Assembly: GCA_030704615.1 (NCBI GenBank)
Contig: CM060731.1
Span: 80,786,001 to 80,850,000 of the forward strand
DNA: 64,000 bases
Direction of reading: 5' to 3'
From: Takakia lepidozioides
Lineage: Eukaryota; Plantae; Bryophyta
How positions within the stretch are numbered: position 1 is the first letter of the stretch; each line of letters starts with the position of its first letter. Of this stretch, positions 21,523 to 33,406 are shown in pieces. Made by a program: the position numbers and the translations under genes. The notes beneath the pieces were generated by a model. That model had not been told where the DNA came from, did not search any database, and saw only the letters and a program-made list of their open reading frames with translations.

Positions 21523-23700
21523 GTTTAGCTTATAGTTAAACACTGCATTAGGTTTAGTGACGTTATATTCGTCTATGTTACTACTTAGTGTCTTCTTGAT
21601 TCGTTTCGATGGCTTCTTGATTCTTACGTTAGGTGTCCTCCTTGGTAGTCCCTGCTAGGTTTTGATGTTCTTGTAGCTTGACTTATTCTGTCTACTACTG
21701 CTCCATGGCAGTTGATTAGTGTTCAATATCTGATATGTTGTAAATGTTTTGTTAACATTGTGAGTTAGTTTTTTTTTGAATACTCAATGATGATTGCATT
21801 GATTGATAGCATGTTTGTTGATAAGTTGGATCATGGCAGAAAACTGATGCACGTCGTGGTTTACGGGTCAATAAAACCTCGAACTAGCCCTACCAATGGC
21901 ACATGCCACACCCCCCCAAATTTCTTCATAACTGCACTTTACGTACTATGGTTCTACTAGGTGCAGAATGCGCCCTACGCGGCGCCTTCACTCTCCGCGT
22001 AATGGATTTTGGGGGACGATTCGACCTATAAATAAGGCTCTCCCTAGGCCCCACCCTTTTTACCCCTTCATTTTGCTGATGTGCTCTGCCTGTCGTGCCT
22101 GTCTGTTCTCGTTCCGACGTACAAAGGCTCGAATTGGCCGTAAGAGTGCGCGTGTGACGAATGCCCTTACGGCTGATGCCGAGACGACATTACTATTGCT
22201 TCCCGAAATGCATGATAACACTCCACGCGGTTGTCAATTGAGAACGGCTTTCTTTCTTTCGTCAAAGAAATTTTGGTGTATAGGCTCATTCTAGCTATAT
22301 AATCTACTCGATTACGACTTCAGTTTTTTGGTTATATCATTGATGGGAGGAAATTTGTTCAGTTTGATGAGAAGCAATAAAAAAAACCATAAGGTGGATC
22401 TAGCCCATTTTTGGCATTCAAACGCTATCAATTTGGACTGGAATCTATTGTGACTATGGCTAATTGTATAAAAGTATGCAACAGGCAAGGGGTTGCTAAT
22501 ACATTATAGTAAAGTACCTAACACCAACGTCTTGACTTAGGCTACAATTAGCGGCTATACCTCCGGTTAATAAGGGGCCCAGGTTTGAAGGGGGGTGTGA
22601 GGATTTAGAGAGTGGTCCAAGAATTAAAAAGCCGGTGACTATAGTAAGCTACACCACGACTTGAATGAGGTTTCACCTTAGGGTCCTAGGAAAGCACCAT
22701 ATCCCCAGCAAGATCAAGGACCAAGTCTATCCATGTTAGGGGGGTTAAAAAAAAAAGGGGCGTGAAGCCGACATTTATTAAATGGGGGAGGGTTCAGGCT
22801 ACAAATTGGGTAAGAAGGTGTGGCATGCCAGTTTCTAGGTCACCAAGACAACCTTCTAGAAGGTCCCACCGCCCCGAGAGGGTATATAAACGAGAGCCCC
22901 CTTTTAGTACTTACTAAGTTACCACTTACTAGTTAATAAGTGCTGGGCTCTGTAGGCGCAGGGCCCTCCAAAAAAATATATTAACGCGAACCATTGGTAT
23001 ATTAATTAATAGGGACAGCATAGTAAGCTCAATAAGGGGCTAGTGTGTTCAAAATTGGGCCATCAATAATTGAAAAATGATCCTTCACATGGTTGGACAT
23101 GTGAGACTCATTGGATCATTGGGGGCAACAACCACATGGCCACAGTTTTGGAATAAACAAGGTTAATCCTAAAAAATGGGTAATAAAAATTAGAAATAAA
23201 TGAATAATTATACACAATAATAGAAATACCATGTCAATTATGCAATTTTTAATCTCATATGAGAATCTTTGCTTTTGAGTAAAAACTTTATTAGTTGATT
23301 GAAGCAGTTGTGCATTTTTCTACCGACGATTCGACTTCTCCCGCACATACGTCAGCCCATCCGCAAAATATTACATTCAAGCAATGTATATTCAACAACG
23401 TTTGGCATTTTGTTATGTCAAAATTACGTGTCATGAAGGTATTTTACAATACATATTAGCTGTGGGCTTTACAACCTACTGTATATTCATATATAGAAAA
23501 TCTGACATAGTGAAATAGGGTTGAGAGATTTTGGAACTTTAGCAAACTAGTCCACCAAAGGGTATAGAAGAGGGTCTATCCAAATCCCTCTATAATCAAA
23601 CATTGAGCTATGAGCTTTATCTATCTCATTTTTGTTTCAATCCATAAAGATAGTGGGTCCCATATTCTTACCAATACTTGTCTGTCTATATGACATAGAC

Positions 23701-24534
23701 AAGAGAGAGAGAGAGGATGGACTCCGGCCGAGGCCGGCGTAACTAAGAGCCACTCTGCCTTGCGGCTACTGCTCCCTTTCGGGGGTGGGCCCGACATACA
23801 CAACATACCATTAAGTTACTACCATCAACGTAAATCATGAAACAACTCAAGATTCAGCAAATTGAACCATTGGATTTAGAATGGTGCAATCATGAACATA
23901 AACAACTTAGAAACTTAGAATGTGAATTGACGTACCGAAGCCCTTCATGTTTGGAACGGTTGCCCCACCTTCATTGAATGTATATATGAAGAACTTTGAT
24001 GACGAAATACAGCATACACATGGGGCCAAACCTTTATTGTGGCATCTTTGTTGGAATTCCACTTAATGTTGGACAAACATACTCAATCGTAGAACTTCTC
24101 TTGCACCAAAGGCCAAGCACCCTCCACATGAGCAACATATTGTGCACAATTGATAATGAGTTGAAGCGCATGTACCTTTAGAATTGGTATAATGATGTAT
24201 TGTACTTTCCAAGCATTTTTGTAATCGATGTGTTACCATTCGTTGAAAGACTATGCATTCTCTCCGTACCTATTCATATATTGCAAATTCTACAATATCC
24301 TAAGCCCTTGGATCAGAGATAGAACATTCTTGTAATGTCTCAATACATAACCAAGCAACAATATAGAATCCCATGTCAGTCAAACATCATTCCATTTCAA
24401 TACATCAACAAGATGATGTCTTTTGATTGAACGTACAACATATGTTGGATTTTGTTTTGCTAGAGAGAGAGAAGACTCTGGCCATAACTAGGAGCCACTT
24501 CACCTCACGGCTACGCCTTTTTTAGGGGTGTGCC
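23701..24534 (-). repeat. Two diverged copies (23701-23795 and 24461-24534) of a short GC-rich element abutting (GA)n
   Basis: Both share GACTC(C/T)GGCC...TAACTA(A/G)GAGCCACT...CGGCTAC...GGGGTG next to a GA microsatellite. Confidence 0.6.
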
Positions 24535-26148
24535 ATATAAAGAAAGCAGGCCGAGCCTCCAAGTGTCTAGGGACACTGGATATCCAAGGGAGGATATCCA
24601 AGGGATAGAGGTACCTAGGGGGTGGATTCGAGTTGCCGCTTATGAGTGATAATGGTTGTGAGGAAATGGAGCGCTATGAGGTGGATTGCCTTGAAGTATT
24701 TATGGATAGGGGCGATAGGGATATTAAAATTTATGTGTATTGCGATAGGCCGAAGCGCTAGGGTAATGATCATGACAATATGTAAAATCGACAAAGTGGA
24801 TGGTGAGGTTTGAGGATGGAGTAGTGGGCGGGGGGACGATTTTGGGTAAACCATGGAGGAGCAAGATGTCAAGACATAGTGTGGCGGAGCAATTTGATGA
24901 GTGAGAACCATCTAGTTTCAATGTGATGCATGAGAAATTTATGAATGACCATGGTATGATAAAGTGGGTACACTGGCTCACGAGGTGTGGCCCGGTGAAA
25001 TTTGGGTTTGTCAGTAATAAAATACATACCAAGTGAATAGTAAAACTATAGTTTTTTATTCTTTCATATATATTGTCAGTTGCGTTAGTATAAAAATTTC
25101 TTGCCATGACCAATATGTACCTTAGCTAGGGTTTTTTAATCTGACGAAAAATCGCCAAATTTTGACATGGAAAATGGGTCAGCTAATTTTACAAAGGAAA
25201 TTTTGGAGTAAAAAAATCGCCAGAGAGCACCATAGGAACCAGATTTTTCATACGTAGATCTGTTAAAATGTGACACATGTTATATAGCCACTTTTCTTAA
25301 CCCTGCCACCTCGTTATTCTCGCCACATGGCCGCTGGGTAGAATTTATATGTGGCCCTTGTGGCGATTTTGGAAAAGTGAAAAAATTCACTGGTATCTAC
25401 CATATTTTGGATAACTTGGACATAGTAAACAAGTACATGTACAATCCCCTTCAATGTAGAGGGTAAACAACACTTGCAATTCCATAGATCAGCAGTTGTA
25501 TCGCAGAGACAACCATGCACACAAAGAAGAATGATTATATGCATGAAGATGAGGGCTGATGTCCCACTTGTCTGGGAAGTGTGGTAATAGTCAGCAGGCT
25601 CTATGCATCTCATGCATGGAATATGGGGAGACACTGGTGTTGTTGTCATTATAGATGAAATGGAATCTTGATACAGAACCTATACTTAGAGATTGTGGCT
25701 CATTAGTATATATTTCTGAATGAAGGAAGACGTTACTTCGATTCCCTGATTCAAGATCATGGTGTCAGTCCGACAATATAGCACTTTGTGATTTTCTGTG
25801 CTAGTTCAAGGTTCAAAGCAGATACCTTACCCCAAATATGTCATCAGAGTGCCTGTGGATTCGATGTTGTCCCGGGAAAGATCGGAAGTGTGGAGCTCTT
25901 CAGAAGCGGACTGTTGCTTACACCCCTATTACTGCAATATCTTTTCTTTATGAGATATATACCTATTGTGTAGTCTATATTGTAGATAGGCTGAAATGAC
26001 AGGAAAGTATGTTTTTTTCATTGATATGTTGCAGGGCTAAGGGTCTTGGAACAAGCAGCAAGCAATGTCACTTTGCATGCATGCCCATTGTTCTGTGGTA
26101 AATGGCTGTAATGCTAACAGCAGTGCTGATGTATATAGTTTCCATCTG

Positions 26149-26453
26149 CATGCTTTAGCGGTAGGGTCTTAATTTTATCACCACCATTGTGAGCGCTGAT
26201 CAGACCGTATCAGTGTATTGACCATGTTCAATTGAGCTTGTTGTCATCTGGATGACCTATCTTCCAGAAGTGGAGGGTGCCAAAGAATGGTAGGGAACAC
26301 AACATGCTTTAGCGGTAGGGTCTTAATTTTATCACCACCGTCGTGAGCGCTGATCAGACCGGATCAGTGTGTTGATCATGGCCAATTGAGCTTGTCATCT
26401 GGATGACCTTTCTTCCAGAAGTGGAGGGTGCCAAAGAATGGTAAGGAACACGA
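26149..26453. repeat. Tandem duplication, ~154-bp unit x2
   Basis: CATGCTTTAGCGGTAGGGTC... starts at both 26149 and 26303, with few substitutions. Confidence 0.9.
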
Positions 26454-26592
26454 ATGCAATGTATGATGAGTCAAATAAGTCAATAGTGAAGTTGTCAAGG
26501 CAGGGCTGAATAAAAATATTAAGAACACAAAGGGTAAGAAGTTTGCAGTCTCTCCACAAAGTAAATAGGAATGAACTGATGCTGGATTTCAT

Positions 26593-26879
26593 GGTGCTGT
26601 GCTTAATTGTTTGGAGTCTCTTGAATATGGCCACATCTTCCCTTACTCACTGTCAACAAAAAAATGTGCAGATAAAGCCAAGGTATCCAGATTTGTCCTC
26701 CCCTCTCGTGGTATAGCTCTGGCTCATATCAGTCAGGTGCTGTGCTTAATTGTTTGTAGTCTCTTGAATATGACCACACCTTCCCCTTTCTCACTGTGAA
26801 CAAAAAAATGTGCAGATAAAGCCAAGGTATCTAGATTTGTCCTCCCCTCTCGTGGGAAAGCTCTGGCTCGTATCAGTCA
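26593..26879. repeat. Tandem duplication, ~143-bp unit x2
   Basis: GGTGCTGTGCTTAATTGTTT... starts at both 26593 and 26736. Confidence 0.9.
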
Positions 26880-27216
26880 GATCTCAGACACCCCCTTCCA
26901 TTCTAACAGGTGTTGCTTAGATGGTGCTTGTAAAATTGATCCTCTGTTCCCTGCGAAGGGCTGAAATCTGCATACGCCGAAAGTCTATCACGTTTCCTGG
27001 ACAACGCATGAAGCATCCAACAACAGCCAAACAAACTAGATTGAAAGGACCAAATGTGAGTCCTGCATCAAGCAGCTGCGGAACGATCATTAAATGGAGA
27101 CAAAAGTGAGGTCGCTATGTACATACTGGTTTCGGATAGCCCTAGTAGTTCACAGCAGAGATGAGCAGCTCCTTGGCGTTCTCTGCCAATGAGTCCATCT
27201 TGGTTCACGGTAACAC

Positions 27217-28264
27217 TCAACCTAGGCTTGGGGGAGCAGAGGACCATTCTTTCTTCAACTCCAGTGTCAAGGGTCTAGACCCACATCGCCGCTTCCAGAG
27301 AGGCTCTTCGGATCGAGACGTGGCGGAGGCTTCCTTGAGAACTTCACCTTCGCAGTGCCTCAGACTTGAGGTCTGACTGAGGCCTTTGTCAGATTCGACG
27401 GTGTTGCTTTTAGTTCCTTCACAACTCAGCTGTAACAACATCAAAGACCTTGCAAAGAAGGTGCCACTGTGGGCCAGCCCATTGGCATCGCCAAGGGCGG
27501 GTGCTATGGTGGAAGAACGTGTTGAACTGAATCGGCCAAGATCAATCTCATGGACCAGCTCAGGTGGGGATTGGGTAGTTGGATTTACAGTGCTCTTAGA
27601 TCCCAGCAACGTCTTCCACTTGGAGTGGAGCATGCGGGGGGACACAGGCGGTGCACATGCTGATCTCTGTAACTTCTTCATCCTTCCTTGGTGGATGCTA
27701 TCCATCTCTTCCATTGCCCTCTCCACTGTCTTAATCTGTTTCACAGGTTTCACTCGGACCTACCACAGTTCAACAAAGATTGGGTTAGCTTTCCCCCAAG
27801 AGAAGTTTCATTCATTGAGTACCAGCTGGCCTCTTCACATGAAAAGTGTCGAGTCCTGATCACGGCCGCCCTACTCTCCACGTACTGTACACTCAAAAGG
27901 GGAACCCAGCAGAACTGCGACCTTACAAACCCCAATTGTATGCACAAATAAGACGTGCAGATGAAATGTTTCTCTTTTGGGTTCAAGATGTTATAGCCTC
28001 TCCAAATGTGCGTCCGAAGGGAAGGATACATTGACAAACTCGTGAGACTGGACAGTGCCTAATCTTCGCTTGAGAGATAGTCAATGAGTATAGTACCTGT
28101 CCTATGCAAGTTACCACTGGTGAAGTTGGATCGTCCCAGCTCTGGTGATCCCCAGCCCCATCCATAAAACTGGTTCGAGGAAGACTGGCTCCTGCTGCCT
28201 CGCTCATAACTGTGGAGCCCCCTTTTCTCTGCCCATAGGTAGAGATCTGCACGGGATTGGCCAT
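27217..28264 (-). CDS. At1g76070 / syringolide-induced protein 14-1-1-like uncharacterised protein (2 coding exons: 28264-28097, 27759-27217)
   Basis: The spliced junction gives DPTSPVVTCIGQ|VRVK (family motif EPTSPKVxCxGQ[VI]); later motifs are DLGRFSSTR and EEPLWKRR; the intron is GT-AG. The start could be extended by an upstream exon because CAG precedes the ATG. Confidence 0.75.
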
Positions 28265-30610
28265 CTGCCCATATCACCATAGCCATAGAGTGTCAATAAA
28301 AGTGCGAAGATTCTAATTTTTCGGTTGGATGTTTGTAATATCTGTAGTTCTGTATCTGTTTATGCTCAAAGCTTGAGTGAGGGTCAATGTGAAATACGAT
28401 GAGGTAGGAAGTGAGGAAGAGTCACGGCAATTCAGTGCAGTCATTTCGCAGGTTCAATGCCCCCGAGACTCCGGTAACTGTGTGGCAAATTGTTTCAGCA
28501 CTTTCGAGTACAATATTACCGTCCTATCCTCCCACCCTCCCTGTTAAACCCCTCTCTACTGAAGACCAAATGCGCATGGTCACCCTTTTGGCCCTTCTAC
28601 TACTTGAAGTCCTAGATCAACATGAACAGAGGGCTTGCATAGAAGGTGACGAGTCCTAGCCATGTAGAGGGCTTCGGATAGTCGAGACACATCTAACAAG
28701 CATAACTATGCATCCGACTTCAAAAGGCACACAATTTGGAAGAGCTTGATCAGATTACCAGATTGATGGCACTGGGTCGAAAACAGGAAAACACATGGCT
28801 GCCTGATTGTTGAGATCGATCGGAGACCCCAAGACCCTGCTCCCTCCTGCTGCTCACATGTCTAATGTTTTCACACTCCACTCTTGAATCCCTGCCCATA
28901 CATGTGGGACCTACCGTGTCGCCTCCCTCTGTCTCTTGCGATTTCCAGTGCCTGTCGCCAGCTGAAGCTCCAGTCCTCAAACACGTGAAGCTTTTCAATG
29001 TCATGTCTGTTGTGAACTAAGGATACAAACAGGCTAAATTGGTTAAACCAATGCTTCCGGGAATCTGTTGCGCACTGTGTGGTTGCCACTCGAGTAAACG
29101 ATGTGAATATCGGTTTTGACACTGTTCAATGAAATTGGCAGTGCAATAAGATATACTCCTGTGTGTAACTCCTGTGTGTGTAAGCATCATAACTGGCGCC
29201 ACGTCTACTTATGATCTTTGATCACCAACAGAACTAGAGGGATAACGAGCTGTCTACAACTACATCCCGCCCTGCATGAAATTTCCTTATCGAGATTGTT
29301 CCCACCATCAATGTAAGTGCTCACCACTCGAGCTTAAGATTGCCATGAGCACTCCTCTGACTATCAATCTCTGGATCTTCCTCTCGTCTATCCCTCCCCT
29401 AAAGCTCCCGAAATACTACTACTACTAAATAACAGTATCTCCCAGCCTTCCACTTCGATACAGACCCCACCCACATGCTGCCCATCCCGCATACAAAATT
29501 CAGAGACGTCGGTTCAGTGGGAAACGCGAGTCCGAGGGAGGAAATGGTGGGTCCGGCGCAGTTATGACGTTCCATGATGACGGCTTCCGACCAGCTCTTC
29601 TCACACGTGTGATCAAACTGGGCCGCTGCTTACCACATGTGCGGGAAACAAAGCGGCCGCATCTTCTCCCCGAGAGGAACGCGCGGTCGACCGCACGGTC
29701 GGGGCCGCGTTCGAGTCGTAGGTAAGTCTGCGGCCGCACGAAGTCACTAACGCAAACGTTAAAAGTAGATTATGTGTCGGCGCAGTTGTTCCTCTGCTGT
29801 CTGCACCTGCAGTCAAGTTCTCTGTGGGACGCAAGCCGTTTGTGGGTGTTCTCGATGGGTGCAAGACAAGCTTTCCATGTCGTATGTAGGTTTGTCATGA
29901 GGCCCCCATGAGCCCCAGAAAACTAATTTTTCGCCACATTGGCTTCACACCACTTGGATTTAGCAGACTTGCCGAACTGGATTGGATGTGGTTGCCATCG
30001 TCAGCCACAAGCGGCCAAACTGGCACTGAAATGGCTTTGCGTGGTCATTTCTTCTTGTGTTGCAAGATGGCCTTTTACATGTGGTTTCGAATGGACGGTG
30101 CATGGATTGCACTAATGAAAGGAGGCGGTGTCCCATTTGCTTGAAACAATTAACCCTCGGGGATCCCAAGCTGGGGAACAAGTGATGTTTTAGTAATAAA
30201 CCAACTGTGGAGATTGAAACTTGCAAGAGACAAAGAATGACAGTGGAATGACGAGCACGGTGTTAGGAGCAGCCATTCTTTTAGTGGCGAATAATCGCCA
30301 GATTTCGACCTCGCGCGGGTCTTGGCGACAGGGGTAAAGGAAAATGAGGCTGAAAAATCATCACTTTTCGCCAAAAGCTGATCTGATGGGCCCACCATTC
30401 GCTAGAGGGGCCGCCACAGGGAGGCACATGGCGCCATATTGAGTGAAGACAGTTTACAGCAGAGGAGCCAGATCCCACCGACCACGTGCAGGACATCGCC
30501 ACATTCCGAGTGCACGGGAGGACGTGGAGCCAGCTATGTTGCCCATTTTTGTGCATATATATGTATGGGTAAGTATAGTACAATCTGTATAGATAGAATT
30601 TGTAGTGGTA

Positions 30611-31845
30611 TGTAGGGAATTCCAAAAAGGCCTTGATGTGAAATGTATTGCAATTCACTTGATCACCCCCCTAAAAGTGTGCAATTGAATTGAATTGCAA
30701 GGGTAATTCAATTGAACTACTAAAACTAGCTTGAAAACAATCCTAATTTGCAATTCAATTGAATTGTCGGCACACGATTCAATTGAATTGCGAATTGGCG
30801 ATTCAATTGAATTGCTAGTTGATAATTCAATTGAAATGTCGACTGCAATTCAATTGAATTGTGAATTTGCAAATCAATTGAATTGCGAATTGGCCATTCA
30901 ATTGAATTGTAATCTATAATTTTTAACTTATTTCTGTATATATTGTATATATATGTACATATTTAAATTATACATATATGCATACAAAAGTATAAGCTAA
31001 AAATACATGTTGCCTGTCTATTCTTGCTGTCCGTCTGTCAATCCTTTGCCCGTGGTAAGGCTCCCCGAGATAAGCCTAAGGGAGACGAAGAAGCGCTTGT
31101 AAAGGCGGGATTGTCTCTCTTTGTGGATGTTGGTGCCAATATATGGCTACGTACATATACCAAACATGATACCAATGTAAGAGTATCAACGTGTAAGAGT
31201 TTGATATATTAAATTTATATGGAACACACATCCCAACTTCAACATGATACCTTTGTAAGGGTATCGAAACAATATTATTTTTAATAATTTTCAAGATGAA
31301 CATATTTTTTGTTTTCTTTGTCATGGGCCAGATACTAGTGTTAGGGGACTACATGATGATGTAGGGGAAGCCTTTCATCAATTGTCACGTTTGACAATTC
31401 TATTTCTTTCGGAGGCAGCCATGTTTCTCTTGCCAGTGAATCACAGGAAGCTGCTGATCTCTCTCCGTCTCTGGCTCTCCCTTTCTCGCTGAGGCTGAGG
31501 GTGGCTTCACAACTCCACAATTTCCTCAAGGGCACAAGAAAGAGGCCCAACAAGAATAGACGGGCAACATGTATTTCTAACTTAAACTCTTATATGTGTA
31601 TAAATACAATTTGAATATATACATACACATATATATTATATTATATATACAGAAATAAGTTAAAAATTATAGATTACAATTCAATTGAATTGCCAATTCG
31701 CAATTCAATTGAATCATGTGCAGCCAATTCAATTGAATTGCAAATTAGGGTTGTTTTCAAGCTAGTTTTAGATGCGCACTTTTAGGGGGGTGCTCAAGTG
31801 AATTGCGATGCATTTCACATCAAGGCCTTTTTGGAATTCCCTACG
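30611..31845. mobile_element. Non-autonomous foldback-type DNA element with long inverted arms (30611-31029 / 31548-31845)
   Basis: (T/C)GTAGGGAATTCCAAAAAGGCC... is mirrored at the right end, with TA on both sides. The arms contain ~24-bp periodic copies of the palindrome AATTCAATTGAATT (8 left, 3 right) around a ~520-bp unique core. Confidence 0.85.
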
Positions 31846-32440
31846 TATGTGTATAGCATGTGTATGGGTAGCTTAGTGTCTCCCTCCCTAGCCAGTCGAC
31901 TTGGTGTTCAATTCTAAACACCTCAATGTTTTTTTGATAGCAACCTGGTTTGGATGATAAAATTCCTACATATGAAAAAGGTGGCTGCGGAGGAGGGCAA
32001 AAGGGTGACTGCAGAGGAGGATGATAATCAAAAGGGTGGCAGAGGGTTACAAAAACGGAATGAGTGTCATTTATTCATTGTTTTTGGGATGAAAGGACAC
32101 GTCAGCAAGTTTAGGAGAAAAACCTAAAACACACTTCTTCCTTCTTTCGTTTTTTTCCTCTCCTCTCTTTAGGCCTTAGGGCTGCTTGCAAGTTGCAGAG
32201 CGTGCTTTCGCATGCACTTTATGTTAGTATCAGTAATCACTCAAGGCTGCGATTAAAGAGAGCAAACATTGATACTTCTTATCTATGTGCCAGCCATTTC
32301 CACTACGCATTTTGTACAAGCGCCAGACATGCTCCTCTAAGGTTCTAATGGATGCCACTTGTACTACAATGTAAATACCTTAAAAGAAACGCTGGTTAGG
32401 GTGGCCTCTCGTCCCCACAGCAATTTGTATAAGTAATAAC

Positions 32441-33406
32441 TTGTCATCAGTTCAAATTCTCTTCAGCGCCACTGCCACCTCTGCACTCTGTCCGCCTTCT
32501 CTGTTCACTCCAGAGCAACGTCATAACTTACCTATGGAACATGTAGATGTGTATCTCGTGTTATCGCCTCATGACTTTCTTATAATTAAAAATCAACATT
32601 CTGTCCCTTGTCTTCCCCCACGTCGCAAGATCGAAAAGCAAATTGACACTCGTGTTGGCAGCAATATTTACGTCTCTGACATATGACCTAGACCAACTAG
32701 GACGTTGGCATGGCAGGCAGGTACTTGTGACCCCAACCTTCCTCTCTCCCATATCATGCGACTTGAGACTCCTTTTCACCACCAAAGTGTGGTGTGAGTG
32801 TACATAATCATCGCTGCGTCAGTGGGTGACTTACCTCGACCTCGATATTGGGCATCTACTATGGATGGCTCCCATCTCAGCTGCAACTTACAGGAAGGAA
32901 AAATTGCCCTTGTAAGAGGTAGGTGTAGGCCGCCACTACATACTGAGCCCATTGTCATTGACAGACATGGGATCCAGATGGCAAATGGCATGTTTGGGGC
33001 GACAACTAGACCTCGGTATAATCACAGCTGCAATGCCAAGTTGTTTATTGGCCCTAGTGATGATATGCCACATGCCAGCTTCTGGAGGTGCATGAGCTCT
33101 TATCAGTGAAACTGCAGAGTGATTATGAGCTGTTACTGGCCCAGTGATTTCCAAAGTGTGTGGACTGCCCAACACAATCCTGAGCGAGTGTTTTTGTGTG
33201 CGGGGGTGAATCTGCCAAGCAACGCCGACGCTATAAGTAGTAGTATCAGAGTCTCTAAGTTACTTAACCGCCATACCCCATACCAGTTTAACTGGAGGCC
33301 ATGCAAAGGGCGGCACCACTTTCACCCCTCCTTTCGTTGGGGAACCCGCCAGATTCGGGCAGCGGGCATGCAGAATCTCTCACTGTATTTTGATGCTGTT
33401 TCATGA
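32441..33406 (+). pseudogene. Decayed reading frame of unknown family
   Basis: ORFs 32441-32686, 32798-33109 and 33119-33406 share one frame: ~320 codons interrupted by only three internal TGA stops. I recognise no domain. Confidence 0.4.

Larger units (their letters stand above)
12360..21728 (+). mobile_element. 5'-truncated Ty1/Copia remnant: RNase H (12360-12700), PPT, and a ~255-bp 3' LTR (12721-12774 + 21528-21728) split by a Gypsy insertion
   Basis: Translation ETIWLRRLLFDLG...LHSDKQASIRLVHNP*FHQRT-HIDLQYHMIRE...VSTHDQLADVFTKG is the Copia RNase H signature. PPT-like TTGAGTGGAAG (12710-12720) is followed by TATTGAA, and its inverse TTCAATA ends at 21728. Confidence 0.85.

Noticed and set aside
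12741-21560. Apparent ~30-bp target-site duplication around the Gypsy element
   Set aside because: It is a pre-existing tandem repeat in the Copia LTR (the units differ by substitutions). The true TSD is the 5-bp GTTTA.
23761-23795. SRP RNA helix 8 (CCC GAAA GGG AGCAG on the minus strand)
   Set aside because: The required 5' CAGG is CACC, there is no helix 6 or Alu domain, and the motif is not kept in the second copy.
25127-25393. hAT-like MITE (TAGGGTTTTTT..AAAATCGCC / inverse ..AAAAAATTCACTG)
   Set aside because: The TIRs are weak and there is no 8-bp TSD. It is likely an old repeat, but the boundaries are not defensible.
30700-30910. CRISPR-like array of regularly spaced palindromes
   Set aside because: Spacers are only ~10 bp, the context is eukaryotic, there are no cas genes, and the array is mirrored in the opposite arm of a foldback element.
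33015-33035. SET-domain NHSC motif
   Set aside because: No GxG, RFINHSCxPN or ELxxDY context; treated as a chance match within the orphan frame.
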